29,545 nucleotides of DNA from Verrucomicrobiales bacterium. Its GTDB lineage: Bacteria; Verrucomicrobiota; Verrucomicrobiia; Verrucomicrobiales; SLCJ01. The stretch covers positions 1-29,545 of the forward strand of contig JBJTQJ010000099.1 in assembly GCA_046075565.1 (NCBI GenBank), in the 5' to 3' direction. Below are positions 7,567 to 17,833 of the stretch, piece by piece; position 1 is the first letter of the stretch, and every line of letters starts with the position of its first letter. Below the pieces are notes generated by a model. It saw only the letters and a list, made by a program, of their open reading frames with translations, ran no database searches and was not told the origin of the DNA. The position numbers were made by a program, and so were the translations under genes.

Positions 7567-8507
7567 GCGGTTGTAGGTGGGCGGGTGTCGAGGGAAAGAC
7601 GGATGATTTCACGGCAAAGTTGGGTGAAGGAAATTCCAGCGGCGGCGGCCGCTTTCGGAAGAAGGCTGCTTTCGGTCATACCCGGGATGGTGTTGACTTC
7701 GAGCACCCAAGGGCGGTTTGCCGCGTCCAGCAGCACATCAACGCGTGAATAGACGGCTCCATTCATGGCGCGATGGGCGGCGAGAGCCGCGGCGCGCACG
7801 GCTTCGGTGGCTCCGTCGGGAAGATCCGCCGGGCAGTCGTAATCTGAACCACCTCCCGTGTTCATCCAAGGATATTTGTTCGATAGATCGTAAAATCCGC
7901 TGCGGGGCCGGATCTCCACCACGGGCAAGGCCTGGTTTCCGAGAATACCGACCGTCAATTCCTTCCCTGCGACAAAGGACTCGCACACCGCCTCCGCGCC
8001 GAAGCGGAAGACGTCGGCGAGCGCGGAGTCAATCTGATCGGCGGACTTCACAATATGGACCCCGACACTGGATCCCTCGCGGGGCGGCTTGATGACGATC
8101 GGCAAGGGCAGGGATGGTCCCGAACCGTCCGTCGTGAGTATTTCATGCGCGGGAGTGGGCACACCGGCGGCAATGAATGCGCGTTTGGCCTCCAGTTTGT
8201 CGAACGCGAGTCGGCTCGCCGCCACACCCGCGCCGGTGTAAGGAATACCGCGCCGCTCCAGCTCGGCCTGGATCCCTCCATCTTCGCCATAGGTGCCGTG
8301 AATGGCGATGAATGCGAGCCCGGTATCGGCGGGCAACTCGAAGCCGGGGCCCTCAACCACAACTCCCACGGCGGGCAAACCATCGGCGGCCAGCGCGCGC
8401 GCGATGCTTTCGCCCGTGCGCAGCGAGACGTCTCTTTCGGATCCCGGACCGCCCATGAGCACGGCGATGGATCCGGAAGGAAGATCCGGGATGGATGATG
8501 GTGTCAT
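7563..8507 (-). CDS. ddl: D-alanine--D-alanine ligase
   Basis: GGPGSERDVSL, HGTYGEDG, GSSVG, LEVNTIPGMT. Confidence 0.97.
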   Translation of the reverse strand: MTPSSIPDLPSGSIAVLMGGPGSERDVSLRTGESIARALAADGLPAVGVVVEGPGFELPADTGLAFIAIHGTYGEDGGIQAELERRGIPYTGAGVAASRLAFDKLEAKRAFIAAGVPTPAHEILTTDGSGPSLPLPIVIKPPREGSSVGVHIVKSADQIDSALADVFRFGAEAVCESFVAGKELTVGILGNQALPVVEIRPRSGFYDLSNKYPWMNTGGGSDYDCPADLPDGATEAVRAAALAAHRAMNGAVYSRVDVLLDAANRPWVLEVNTIPGMTESSLLPKAAAAAGISFTQLCREIIRLSLDTRPPTTA

Positions 8508-8513
8508 GTTCCT

Positions 8514-10823
8514 TTAAAAGTGCAGCTCTTCTTCGCCGATGACTTGGACTTCGGTTTCGAGGGCGATGGAGCGTTCATCGCGGGCGCGGCGTTTGATCAA
8601 TTCGATGAGTTGCAGGAAATCACGTGCCGAGGCATTCCCTTCGTTCACCAAAAAGTTGCCGTGCAGGTTGGAAACCACGGCATTGCCAACGCGGAGTCCT
8701 TTTAATCCGAGCTCGTCGATCAGCTTGCCAGCCGGAGACTCCGCCGCGTTCTTGAAGAAGCAACCAGCGCTGGCCGCCACCGGCTGGGTGGTTTGCCTCT
8801 TCATTTTCGAGGCAGTGAGCAGGGCATCGATTTCTGCACTCGGCGTGTCCGCGTTCCCTTGGAACGTCGCGGCAAGGGCGAAGGACTTCTCGAGGGTCGG
8901 AACATGGCGGTAGGTCGCTCCGAGATCCGCGGCCGGCACTTCCGTCAGCCCGTCTTGGCCGAGGACAAGCACGGATGTAGTCTGATCAAAGGTTTGCACG
9001 CCCATGGCCCCGGCATTCATACGCAATCCGCCACCGACCGTTCCGGGAATCCCTTCCATCCATTCGAATCCTCCGATTCCATGTCCGCGGGCCGCCCAGG
9101 CGAGTGCTTTGAACCTCACCCCGGCGCCGGCACGGAGCTGGCCGCCTCCAAGATTCTCGATGGCGAGGAATTCCCCGCGCCCGGGATGGATGACCACTCC
9201 GGAAATTCCGCCGTCGCGCACGAGCAAATTGGAACCACGGCCAATCACACGGTAAGGCACTCCGTTTTCCGTGCAATGACGGGTGATGGCCACGAGGCCT
9301 TCGAAGGTGGATGGTTCGACCCAGAATTGCGCGGGACCGCCCACCAGAAGAGTGGTGTGTTTGCGCATCGGTTCGTAGAGGCGGGCCACCAGATCAGGTT
9401 CCCCGCTCGCATCGATAATCGCATCAAGGGTGGCGAGATCGCGGGCGAGCGGCCGCGCGCATTCGTGCACATTCCCGGCTCCCAAGGTGATCGCGAGATC
9501 GCCGGGACGGAGTTGGTTGCCCAGAGCGAGCCGGCAAGACTGCAGGGAAGGCAGGAACCGCGCTTTGAACCTTCCCGTGTGTTCATTGATCGCATTCGCG
9601 ATCATTCCACCATCCACACCCGGAATCGGCGCTTCGCTCGCCGCGTAAATATCAGCCACGAAAACCATGTCGGCATGCGCAAAGCAGGAAGCGAAAGAAT
9701 CCTTCAACTTCGCAGTGCGGGAATAACGATGGGGCTGGAAAATCGTGAGCAAACGCCGGCGTTGCTGGGCCCTGCCCGCCGCGAGGGTGGCGGCGATTTC
9801 CGTCGGATGGTGGCCGTAGTCATCGACCAGGAGAAAGCGCTCCGAACGATAACGCGTCTCGAAGCGGCGGCGAGCCCCGCGGAAATCAGCGAGGGCTCCG
9901 CGGATGGAGTCGGCGGCAACCCCGAGTTCCGAGGCGAGGGCAATCACCGCGAGAGCGTTGGAGATATTATGGCGACCGGCGATCCCGAGGGTGAATTCAC
10001 CGAGGGATTCGCCACGCGCGAGCACCTCGAACCTGGAACCGGTCGCTTCCATGCCCACCCGGATGGCCCGGTAGTCCAGATTTTCCCCGAAGCCATAGGA
10101 AACCGCCCGCTCATAACCGCCGCAGACAGCGAGAGCGCCCTCATCATCACCACAATAAATGATTTTCCCGGAGGTCTGGTTGCAAAGGGTTCGGAAAACC
10201 TCGGCAATGGCATTCCAGTCCTTGTAGTGATCCAGATGTTCCTCCTCGACATTGAGGATGATTGAATGGGCGGGAGTGAACTCGACCAACGTGCCGTCGC
10301 TCTCATCCCCTTCGGCGACGAAATGCCGCCCCGCTTCGTCCCAATTCGCGTTGGTTCCGAGGATGGGAATTTCCGCACCCACATAGTGGCCCGGATGCAA
10401 ACCGGCGACACGAAGCGCGAGCGCGCAGAGGGATGAGGTGGTGGTTTTCCCATGTGTTCCCGCGACAATGATGCCATCGCGACGCCGGGTGATGGCAGCA
10501 AGTGCTTCGGCACGACGCACCAGAGGAATCTTGGCCAGCAAGGCGGCATCCCAGGCCACGTTGCCGGGTTTGATGGCGGATGAATAGATCACCGCGTCAC
10601 AGCCCGCGATGGCGGCGGCGGTATGAGGACTGGAAAACCGGAGGCCGAGGGATTGCAATCGTTGGATCTCATCCGAAGACACCCTATCCGACCCGCTCAC
10701 CTCGTGGCCGAGTTGCAAGAGCAGACCGGCCAACCCGCTCATACCGGAGCCGGCCACACCCAGCAGGTGCAGTCGCAGACAGCTCGCACTGCCGGAAATT
10801 TCCTGGAGGATGCGGTCTTTCAT
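8514..10823 (-). CDS. murC: MurC-MurB fusion (UDP-MurNAc--L-Ala ligase plus UDP-N-acetylenolpyruvoylglucosamine reductase)
   Basis: N-part: GVAGSGMS, GTHGKTTT, EGDESDG, DDYGHHPTEI, FQPHRYSRT. C-part: HTTLLVGGPA, GRGSNLL, IPGTVGG, MNAGA, SAGCFFKN, LETEV. No stop between the two. Confidence 0.96.
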   Translation of the reverse strand: MKDRILQEISGSASCLRLHLLGVAGSGMSGLAGLLLQLGHEVSGSDRVSSDEIQRLQSLGLRFSSPHTAAAIAGCDAVIYSSAIKPGNVAWDAALLAKIPLVRRAEALAAITRRRDGIIVAGTHGKTTTSSLCALALRVAGLHPGHYVGAEIPILGTNANWDEAGRHFVAEGDESDGTLVEFTPAHSIILNVEEEHLDHYKDWNAIAEVFRTLCNQTSGKIIYCGDDEGALAVCGGYERAVSYGFGENLDYRAIRVGMEATGSRFEVLARGESLGEFTLGIAGRHNISNALAVIALASELGVAADSIRGALADFRGARRRFETRYRSERFLLVDDYGHHPTEIAATLAAGRAQQRRRLLTIFQPHRYSRTAKLKDSFASCFAHADMVFVADIYAASEAPIPGVDGGMIANAINEHTGRFKARFLPSLQSCRLALGNQLRPGDLAITLGAGNVHECARPLARDLATLDAIIDASGEPDLVARLYEPMRKHTTLLVGGPAQFWVEPSTFEGLVAITRHCTENGVPYRVIGRGSNLLVRDGGISGVVIHPGRGEFLAIENLGGGQLRAGAGVRFKALAWAARGHGIGGFEWMEGIPGTVGGGLRMNAGAMGVQTFDQTTSVLVLGQDGLTEVPAADLGATYRHVPTLEKSFALAATFQGNADTPSAEIDALLTASKMKRQTTQPVAASAGCFFKNAAESPAGKLIDELGLKGLRVGNAVVSNLHGNFLVNEGNASARDFLQLIELIKRRARDERSIALETEVQVIGEEELHF

Positions 10824-11923
10824 GCGAGAGAAGATTGGATAACCTCGGCCATGGTCTCGGCGGCGTCGGGATGGGCGAGTCCGCGCATGGCAGCGGACAT
10901 TTTTTGAAGAAGAGTTTCGTCACTCCACCACTGCCGGAGGAGAGCGGCAAGGGAAGGACCGGTGAGCCGGGACTCCGGCAGCAATTCCGCCGCGCCGGCG
11001 GAAACAAAGGCTTTTGCATTGGCGGTCTGATGATCTTCGGCCGCGTACGGATAAGGGACCAACACGGCTGGCAATCCGACCATGGCCAACTCGGAGAGAG
11101 TCGAAGCGCCTGCCCGTGCGACGGCAACATCCGCGCAGGCGTAAGCCGCCGGCATTTCGCGGCAAAACGAAAGCACACGCACGGTATGCGGCAACCCGCG
11201 ATCACGAAGATGCGCGAGCGTGCCTTCGTTGTCGGTCGCGCCGGTGAGGAGAATCGCCTGCACGATCGACGGATCAAATCCCGCCAGCGCTTCCACGGCC
11301 GAGCGATTGAGCGCGCGCGCTCCCTGGCTGCCGCCGAGCACCAGCACGGTCTTCTTCGCTGGATCCAGATCAAAATGCCGGGCCGCTTCCGCGCGATCCG
11401 GCAGATTATGGAACTCCTTGCGAATGGGTGTGCCCACCACTTGCGTGCGGGCCTTCCCGAGATGGGATGCCGCATCGCCCAAACCGAGGAATACGGTATT
11501 CGCCAAGCGGGCCGCCGCTTTGGTGGTTTTTCCCGGGATGGCATTGGAGTCGTGCAGATAAACGGGCAGTCCGCCCAAACGCCCCGCGAGCACCGGCATC
11601 ATGGCCGTGAACCCGCCCATTCCCAAAACGGCGCCGGTTGCGTTGGCCGACATCGCGGCGTGGCTGCGCGAGAGTGCTTTCCATGATCCGGCGACAAATG
11701 CGAACATCGCCGGGCTCCACGGTTTGGGCATCGGTCGCGCCGGCAAGGGAAGGAACTCGAGATCGCCATAGCCTTGCGCGGCCGTGCGGTCCACCGCCTT
11801 CTCCGAGATGGCCAGCAAGGTGTGCACGCCGCGGGCCCGCAATGATTGCGCAACGGCGATCCCGGGGAACAAATGTCCACCGGTGCCGCCGCAGGCAATG
11901 AGCACGGATGAACGGGTGGACAT
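10820..11923 (-). CDS. murG: Lipid II GlcNAc transferase MurG
   Basis: GGTGGHLFPG, GMGGF, GGSQGA, RAGASTLSE, HQTANA. Confidence 0.97.
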   Translation of the reverse strand: MSTRSSVLIACGGTGGHLFPGIAVAQSLRARGVHTLLAISEKAVDRTAAQGYGDLEFLPLPARPMPKPWSPAMFAFVAGSWKALSRSHAAMSANATGAVLGMGGFTAMMPVLAGRLGGLPVYLHDSNAIPGKTTKAAARLANTVFLGLGDAASHLGKARTQVVGTPIRKEFHNLPDRAEAARHFDLDPAKKTVLVLGGSQGARALNRSAVEALAGFDPSIVQAILLTGATDNEGTLAHLRDRGLPHTVRVLSFCREMPAAYACADVAVARAGASTLSELAMVGLPAVLVPYPYAAEDHQTANAKAFVSAGAAELLPESRLTGPSLAALLRQWWSDETLLQKMSAAMRGLAHPDAAETMAEVIQSSLA

Positions 11924-11950
11924 GGCGTGGTTGTGGATACTGGAGTGAGG

Positions 11951-13120
11951 TTAGAGACGAGGAGTGATAACCGGTTCGGCAAAGATCACATTCTTGCGTC
12001 CGGTTTCGATCGCGAAACCCTGCCGGTGGATATTGATCAGCACGCCAATCATGAAGAAAAGCATGAGAACACTCGATCCGCCGTAGCTGATGAATGGCAG
12101 TGGCATTCCTTTGTTAGGCAGCAGGGCCGTGGTGACCATCAGGTTGATGAGAGCCTGGCATCCGATGATCCCGACAATACCCGCTCCCATAGCCCGACCG
12201 AAAGTATCAGGAGCCGAGGAGGCGATGAGCATTCCCGACATGACGAGCATGACAAACAGCAGGACGACGGTGAGCGTTCCCGCCAGACCGAATTCCTCAC
12301 CGATCATCGGGAAGATGAAATCAGTGTGCGCGTAGGGCATGTAGAACATCTTCTCTACCCCATTGCCATAACCCCGGCCCTCCAAACCTCCCGAGCCGAG
12401 GGCGATGAGCGAACGCCATTGTTGCAGACCCTCGCCGAGCCGATGCGCCTCCAGATTCATGAAGGCGGTGAGCCTGCCCATACGCTCGGGAATAAAGACC
12501 ACGGCGGCGCCTAGAGCCGCACCGCCGAGCAATCCCGCGCTGGCCAGGTGCCACAGTTTCACCCCGGCGGTGAACATGACCAGAAACACCACTCCACCCA
12601 ACAACGCTGCTGTTCCAAGATCCTTTTCAAACGCGACGAGCAGGATAAGAACCACCGGCACGAGCCACGGCTGGAGGTAGCCTTTCCAAAACTCGCCCGT
12701 GCGCAAGGGATGGCGCGCATACCACCAGGCCAACCAGCAAATGACGGCGAGCTTCCCGACTTCCGAAGGCTGCATCACGAATTTTTTAACCCCGATGAAG
12801 CCGAAGTTGACCCAACGGGTTTCCCCGTTGGCCTCGACTCCGAATGGCGAATAGCAAAGAGCCAACAAGATCGCGGCTCCGCCGACAAGCCATGGAGTGA
12901 ACTTCTCGAGAAGATGGTAGTCAATGAGGGAAGCTACCCCGCATACCACCAAACCCGCGACGATGAAGATACATTGCTTCTTCAAACCGCTCATGCCCTC
13001 GGCTGTTCCATCGGTGGCGTAGGCACCGGTGCTGGCCAGCATGAGAATCCCAATTCCGGCGAGACAAAGCACGCAGAACAGGAGGACAATCGAGCGGATA
13101 TTGGAAGGATGGAAGGTCAT
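11951..13120 (-). CDS. ftsW: SEDS peptidoglycan polymerase FtsW
   Basis: Multi-TM protein with RW, QPSE, DLGT, HTDFIF, GEEFG, KGMPLPFISYGGSS. Confidence 0.96.
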   Translation of the reverse strand: MTFHPSNIRSIVLLFCVLCLAGIGILMLASTGAYATDGTAEGMSGLKKQCIFIVAGLVVCGVASLIDYHLLEKFTPWLVGGAAILLALCYSPFGVEANGETRWVNFGFIGVKKFVMQPSEVGKLAVICWLAWWYARHPLRTGEFWKGYLQPWLVPVVLILLVAFEKDLGTAALLGGVVFLVMFTAGVKLWHLASAGLLGGAALGAAVVFIPERMGRLTAFMNLEAHRLGEGLQQWRSLIALGSGGLEGRGYGNGVEKMFYMPYAHTDFIFPMIGEEFGLAGTLTVVLLFVMLVMSGMLIASSAPDTFGRAMGAGIVGIIGCQALINLMVTTALLPNKGMPLPFISYGGSSVLMLFFMIGVLINIHRQGFAIETGRKNVIFAEPVITPRL

Positions 13121-13159
13121 GAAGCGGGATGGCGTGAACGAAAATGGGGCGTTTTGCCC

Positions 13160-14005
13160 TCAATTTCTCCCGGGAATGGTCAGTTTCGTGCCCTGACGCA
13201 CGCGGTTGGCATTCGTGATGCCATTCGCCTTGAGGAGATTGTCCACCGAGACGCCGTAGCGCTGGGAAATCGCCCAGAGCGTTTCACCGGCTTTGACGAC
13301 GTGTTCATCCTGGCCTCCACGGGCTGGCGCTTCGACGCGGGTGGCGATCGCGGGCGTGGTCCCGCTTTCAACCGCGACAGCGCGGGCAACTCTCGTCTCG
13401 CCTCCAGTGGTCACTGGAACGGCGGGAGCGGGCACGGGCACTTCCACCGCACGCGCGACCGGCACGGGAGCACCGGGACGGGTTGCAGCGACGCCAGTAT
13501 TGTTGCCTTGGGGCGCTGCGTTTGCCTCGGCTGGGGGAATCACCAGATTCATTCCCTCGCGGAATGGATTATCGGCATTGAGACGATTGGCACGCGACAG
13601 GGCATCGCGGGAAACCCCATGCATGCTCGCAATCATATCGAGCGTCTCGTGGGGACGCACAAGATGGCGGGGCAATCCGGCGAGGGCCGGATCATCCTGG
13701 CGAATTCCCTCACCAGGAACGGGAGCAGCGTCCTGCGACGAACGCTGCGTGCCGGCATCGGCTCCAGCGAAGGCCTTGTCGGAGTCCTTCTCGAGGAATC
13801 GGAACAACATGACCCCGCCCACCACGGCCACGTGGAGGAACAGAATGACCATGAAGGCGGTCGAGAGTTTGATACTGGGGACATCACTGTCCCAATCATG
13901 CTCCTGCACGGCGGTCGCTGGAAGCCTTTTGGGCTTCGAGAAGATCTTGTGCAGAAGCCCGTCGGTGCGCGTCGGGCGCTTTTGTGTGCGTTGGTCTTGT
14001 TTCAT
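13160..14005 (-). CDS. Membrane-anchored protein with two LysM domains
   Basis: One TM (AFMVILFLHVAVVGGVMLF). LysM repeats HLVRPHETLDMIA and HVVKAGETLWAISQRYGV separated by an Ala/Pro linker. Confidence 0.9.
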   Translation of the reverse strand: MKQDQRTQKRPTRTDGLLHKIFSKPKRLPATAVQEHDWDSDVPSIKLSTAFMVILFLHVAVVGGVMLFRFLEKDSDKAFAGADAGTQRSSQDAAPVPGEGIRQDDPALAGLPRHLVRPHETLDMIASMHGVSRDALSRANRLNADNPFREGMNLVIPPAEANAAPQGNNTGVAATRPGAPVPVARAVEVPVPAPAVPVTTGGETRVARAVAVESGTTPAIATRVEAPARGGQDEHVVKAGETLWAISQRYGVSVDNLLKANGITNANRVRQGTKLTIPGRN

Positions 14006-14028
14006 GGTTTGGCTCCAGGGTTGGGATT

Positions 14029-15363
14029 CTAAGACGAAAGGTTGCTGGCGATCATTCGGAATACTTCGCCACGGTGGTTGTAATCACGGAACATGTCGAA
14101 GGAGGAGGTGCCGGGAGAAAGCAGCACGCGATCGCCCGGGCGGGCGAGCCGACGCGCGAGAAGGACGGCCTCTTCGAGGTCGGCGGCACCATGATTTTCC
14201 ACTCCGGCAAAAATCCCGCGCAGTTTCGGCCCGATTTCTCCGATCGCGATCACGGCCCGGCAGGTGGTTCCGACCAGTCCTACCAGCTCCGAATAGTCGA
14301 GCCCTTTCTCTTTGCCACCGGCGATCAGGATGGCCTGGTTTTTCTCGGCGGAAAGGGCGGTTTCGAGGGAATGCAGGTTGGTTGATTTCGAATCGTTGAT
14401 ATAATCGACCCCATCAAGATGGCGCACTCTTTCATAGCGGTGCGGGGGAGTTTGAAGACGGGCGAAGACTTCCCGCGCGGCTTCATCGCCGACTCCAGCC
14501 GCACGGGCCGCCGCCCACGCGGCGAGAAGATTGGCGTGGTTGTGACGTCCGCGCACGGCCACATCATCCAAGGCCATGATCGGTTCGCCATGACGGCAGA
14601 TGTTTCCATCCCTGATTTCCCAATCGGCCGGACCATCCACCGCGAAGGTGACCACCCGCGCTCCGCTGGCGGTGGCGCGCTCGACTTCACAGGGCGGAAC
14701 GATTGCCGTATCGGTCGACCGCAGGTTGCGATAGATATTTTCTTTCGCGAGGCGGTAGTCCATGAGATCGCGGTAACGATCCATGTGATCGGGCGCGAAG
14801 TTCAACCACACCGCGACATCGGGGCGGAAAGTCCCGATGGTTTCCAATTGGAATGAACTCAACTCGAGTGCGAGGGCATCCGCTTCCGGGTGTTGGAGAA
14901 CGACTTCAGCCAAGGGCAATCCGTGATTTCCTGCGGCTAGGGCGCTGAATCCCCCCGCGAGAAGGAGATCGCGAATCATTTCCGTGGTCGTGGTTTTCCC
15001 ATTCGTGCCGGTGATTCCGACCACATATCCACGATAGAACCACGATGCGAATTCGATCTCGCCTATCGATGTTTCGGCAAGCGTGCTCATCGCCTTGCCC
15101 CAACCAGTGGTCAAATCAATTCCGGGGCTCGCGATCAACAACGGGAAGGAACGCCCGCAGGTCAATCCGGCCTCCTCGCCTGCGATGAACTCGAGCCCTG
15201 GCAGCAATTCCGTGGCACGGGCGCGGGCTTTCTCGGCGGCTGAACCTTCGGCGCCATCGAACATTACCGGAATCGCTCCTTCGCGGCGCGCCAGAGCCGC
15301 CGCGGCAAGGCCGCTGCGCCCGCCGCCGAGAATGGCGATTTTCCGGTTGTGGAGAGGAATCAT
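14029..15363 (-). CDS. murD: UDP-MurNAc-L-Ala--D-Glu ligase MurD
   Basis: GGGRSG, SPGI, GTNGKTTT, ELSSFQL, DHMDRY, NDSKSTN, LSPGTSSFDMF. ATG at 15363 (alternative TTG at 15369). Confidence 0.97.
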   Translation of the reverse strand: MIPLHNRKIAILGGGRSGLAAAALARREGAIPVMFDGAEGSAAEKARARATELLPGLEFIAGEEAGLTCGRSFPLLIASPGIDLTTGWGKAMSTLAETSIGEIEFASWFYRGYVVGITGTNGKTTTTEMIRDLLLAGGFSALAAGNHGLPLAEVVLQHPEADALALELSSFQLETIGTFRPDVAVWLNFAPDHMDRYRDLMDYRLAKENIYRNLRSTDTAIVPPCEVERATASGARVVTFAVDGPADWEIRDGNICRHGEPIMALDDVAVRGRHNHANLLAAWAAARAAGVGDEAAREVFARLQTPPHRYERVRHLDGVDYINDSKSTNLHSLETALSAEKNQAILIAGGKEKGLDYSELVGLVGTTCRAVIAIGEIGPKLRGIFAGVENHGAADLEEAVLLARRLARPGDRVLLSPGTSSFDMFRDYNHRGEVFRMIASNLSS

Positions 15364-15365
15364 GT

Positions 15366-16466
15366 TCAACGTAGTTTCAGTGTCGCGATGCCGAGGATGG
15401 CGAAAAGAAAGGAGAGCATCCAGAAACGAAGGATGACCTGGTTCTCATGCCAGCCCATCAACTCGAAATGGTGGTGGATGGGTGCCATCCGGAAAATGCG
15501 CTTGCCGCGCAATTTGAAACTGCCGACCTGGAGGATCACCGACATCGCTTCCATCACGAATACCCCGCCCACGAGCACGAGTAGGATCTCCTGGCGGGTG
15601 CAAATCGCTATCGCGCCGAGACCTGCGCCCAGACCAAGCGATCCGGTGTCGCCCATGAAGACGCTGGCGGGATGGCAATTGAACCAGAGGAATCCGAAAC
15701 CGGCGCCCACAAGGGCGGCCACGAAAATGGACAGCTCTGCCAACTCGGGATGAAATGGCAGACGGAGGTATTCCGCGATGGTGACGGTGCCGGAGGCGTA
15801 GGCCATGAAGCCGTAGGTGCAGGAGGAAGTGATCGTGCATCCGGCGGCAAGTCCGTCGAGTCCATCGGTGAGATTGACCGCATTGGAGGCACCGACGATC
15901 ACGAGCATGAAGAAAGGAAGACACCACCAGCCCATGTCGGAAACGGCCGGGAATTTGTTGAAGGGAAAGTGCAGTGCCCGCATGAATTCGGATGTGTCCT
16001 GGCGGAGGTACAGGTACGCACCTGCCGAGAGGGCGAGGATGGAGAGGAAAAGCAGTTTCAATCGCCCGGCCAAGCCGTCCGATTTTTTCTTCCGCACCTT
16101 CAGATAATCGTCGGCGAATCCGATCGCGCCTCCGCCCAGCAGCACGGCAAGGCAAACCTGCACGAAGGGATTGTCGGGACGGGCACAGAGCAGTGTCGCC
16201 ATGGCCACCGTGCCGAGAATGAGAATGCCTCCCATGGTGGGTGTGCCCGCTTTACCCTGGTGTAACTCGGCGAGTTTGTGGACGACGGCGGCCGAACGGA
16301 AAGGCTGGCCGGCTTTCACCGCCACCAACATCCGGATGACATGGGGACCGAGCCAGAGACTGGCAAGGAAGGCAACCAGACAGGCGAGGGCGGCGCGGAA
16401 AGTGATCGATTCAAAAAGGCGCAAGACTCCCAGATGCTCGCGCAGTTCATGGAGGTAATACATCAT
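15366..16466 (-). CDS. mraY: Phospho-MurNAc-pentapeptide transferase MraY
   Basis: KAGTPTMGG, DD, NAVNLTDGLDGL, FMGDTGS, MAPIHHHFE. Confidence 0.98.
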   Translation of the reverse strand: MMYYLHELREHLGVLRLFESITFRAALACLVAFLASLWLGPHVIRMLVAVKAGQPFRSAAVVHKLAELHQGKAGTPTMGGILILGTVAMATLLCARPDNPFVQVCLAVLLGGGAIGFADDYLKVRKKKSDGLAGRLKLLFLSILALSAGAYLYLRQDTSEFMRALHFPFNKFPAVSDMGWWCLPFFMLVIVGASNAVNLTDGLDGLAAGCTITSSCTYGFMAYASGTVTIAEYLRLPFHPELAELSIFVAALVGAGFGFLWFNCHPASVFMGDTGSLGLGAGLGAIAICTRQEILLVLVGGVFVMEAMSVILQVGSFKLRGKRIFRMAPIHHHFELMGWHENQVILRFWMLSFLFAILGIATLKLR

Positions 16467-17833
16467 ACCGTCACCTCCTTCTCCAGATCGCGGAGCACCA
16501 ATTCCATCGCCGAACCACGGCTGCCCTTGACCAAAAGCACATCACCTTCGCGTAGCTCGCCCGCCAGCCAGTGCGCGCACGAAGCATGATCGGGAAACCA
16601 TTTCGAGCCGGAAGCGGAGTTCGCAATACCACGCGCGCGTTCTCCGACGACGATGACAAATTCGAGATTGAGCGAGGCGGCATGGCGGCCGACCTCGTCG
16701 TGCCCTTGGACGGCATACGCTCCCAATTCTCCCATCCCACCAAGCACCGCGAATTTCCTGCCCTCCGCGGGGCGAGCCTTGAGCGTGTCGAGGGCCGCTT
16801 TCATGGAATCAGGATTCGCATTGTAGCTGTCGTCGATAATGGCGACACCTCTCCAATCCCGCACGTTCAGGCGTCCGCCACCGGGCGTGCAACCCGCGAG
16901 AGCCGCCGCACCTTCGGCCAAAGGCACGCCTTCGAGCACACCAACGGCCAAAGCGAGCAAGGCATTCTGGATCATATGACTGCCAGGCACGGCCAATTCG
17001 ACTTCGGCCAACTCATCACCATGCAGCACCGTGAAGCAAGCCCGGCCATCACTGGTAAAGCCCGGATTTACAGCGCGCACATCGCCACGACCAATACCCG
17101 TGGTGATCCGGCGACCGGTCGCGCGTTCGATGGCGAGTTCGGCCAAGGGTGATTCAAGATTGATCACGGCCACGCCATCACCTGGAAGTGCAGCGAAGAG
17201 GGAGAGTTTTTCCTCGGCAATGGCCTCGCGGGTGCCAAAAAATTCAATATGCGCGGTGCCGAGATAGGTCACCACCGCGATGTCCGGCCGGGCAATCGCG
17301 GCAAGTGCGGCAATCTCACCCGGATGGTTCATGCCGAGTTCATATACCCCGTGGCTGGCGGTGGGATCATGCGAGAGCATGGTCATCGGCAGACCGATAT
17401 GGTTGTTCAAATTTCCCTTCGTGGCATGCGTCCGATGGCGCGCCAAGAGCACGGCGCGGGTGAACTCCTTGGCGGTGGTTTTCCCGTTGCTGCCGGTGAT
17501 GGCAACGACGCGAGGGTTGATTTTATCCCGGTATCCGGAAGCGAGTGACTGCAAACCGGTCAAGGTATCCCGCACGGTGACGACAGCGATCCCGGCGGGC
17601 AGAGCCATGGACTCGCGCCCGACTTCGATCATCACGGCTATCGCTCCGCTGGCCGCAGCGGCGGCGGCATGATCATGGCCGTCGAATTTCTCGCCTCGCA
17701 ACGCGATAAAGAGCGAGCCCTCGGGCACTGCCCGCGAATCGGTGGTGACAGCGCTGATGGTTTGATCGGAATTGCCGCCCGTGAGGGAACCACCGCAGAA
17801 ACGGGCGACTTCGCGCAATGGAATGGGCAGCAT
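16463..17833 (-). CDS. murF: UDP-MurNAc-tripeptide--D-Ala-D-Ala ligase MurF
   Basis: TDSR, FDGH, GSNGKTT, NNHIGLP, ELGMNHPGEI, DDSYNANPDSM, KGSRG. Confidence 0.97.
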   Translation of the reverse strand: MLPIPLREVARFCGGSLTGGNSDQTISAVTTDSRAVPEGSLFIALRGEKFDGHDHAAAAAASGAIAVMIEVGRESMALPAGIAVVTVRDTLTGLQSLASGYRDKINPRVVAITGSNGKTTAKEFTRAVLLARHRTHATKGNLNNHIGLPMTMLSHDPTASHGVYELGMNHPGEIAALAAIARPDIAVVTYLGTAHIEFFGTREAIAEEKLSLFAALPGDGVAVINLESPLAELAIERATGRRITTGIGRGDVRAVNPGFTSDGRACFTVLHGDELAEVELAVPGSHMIQNALLALAVGVLEGVPLAEGAAALAGCTPGGGRLNVRDWRGVAIIDDSYNANPDSMKAALDTLKARPAEGRKFAVLGGMGELGAYAVQGHDEVGRHAASLNLEFVIVVGERARGIANSASGSKWFPDHASCAHWLAGELREGDVLLVKGSRGSAMELVLRDLEKEVTV

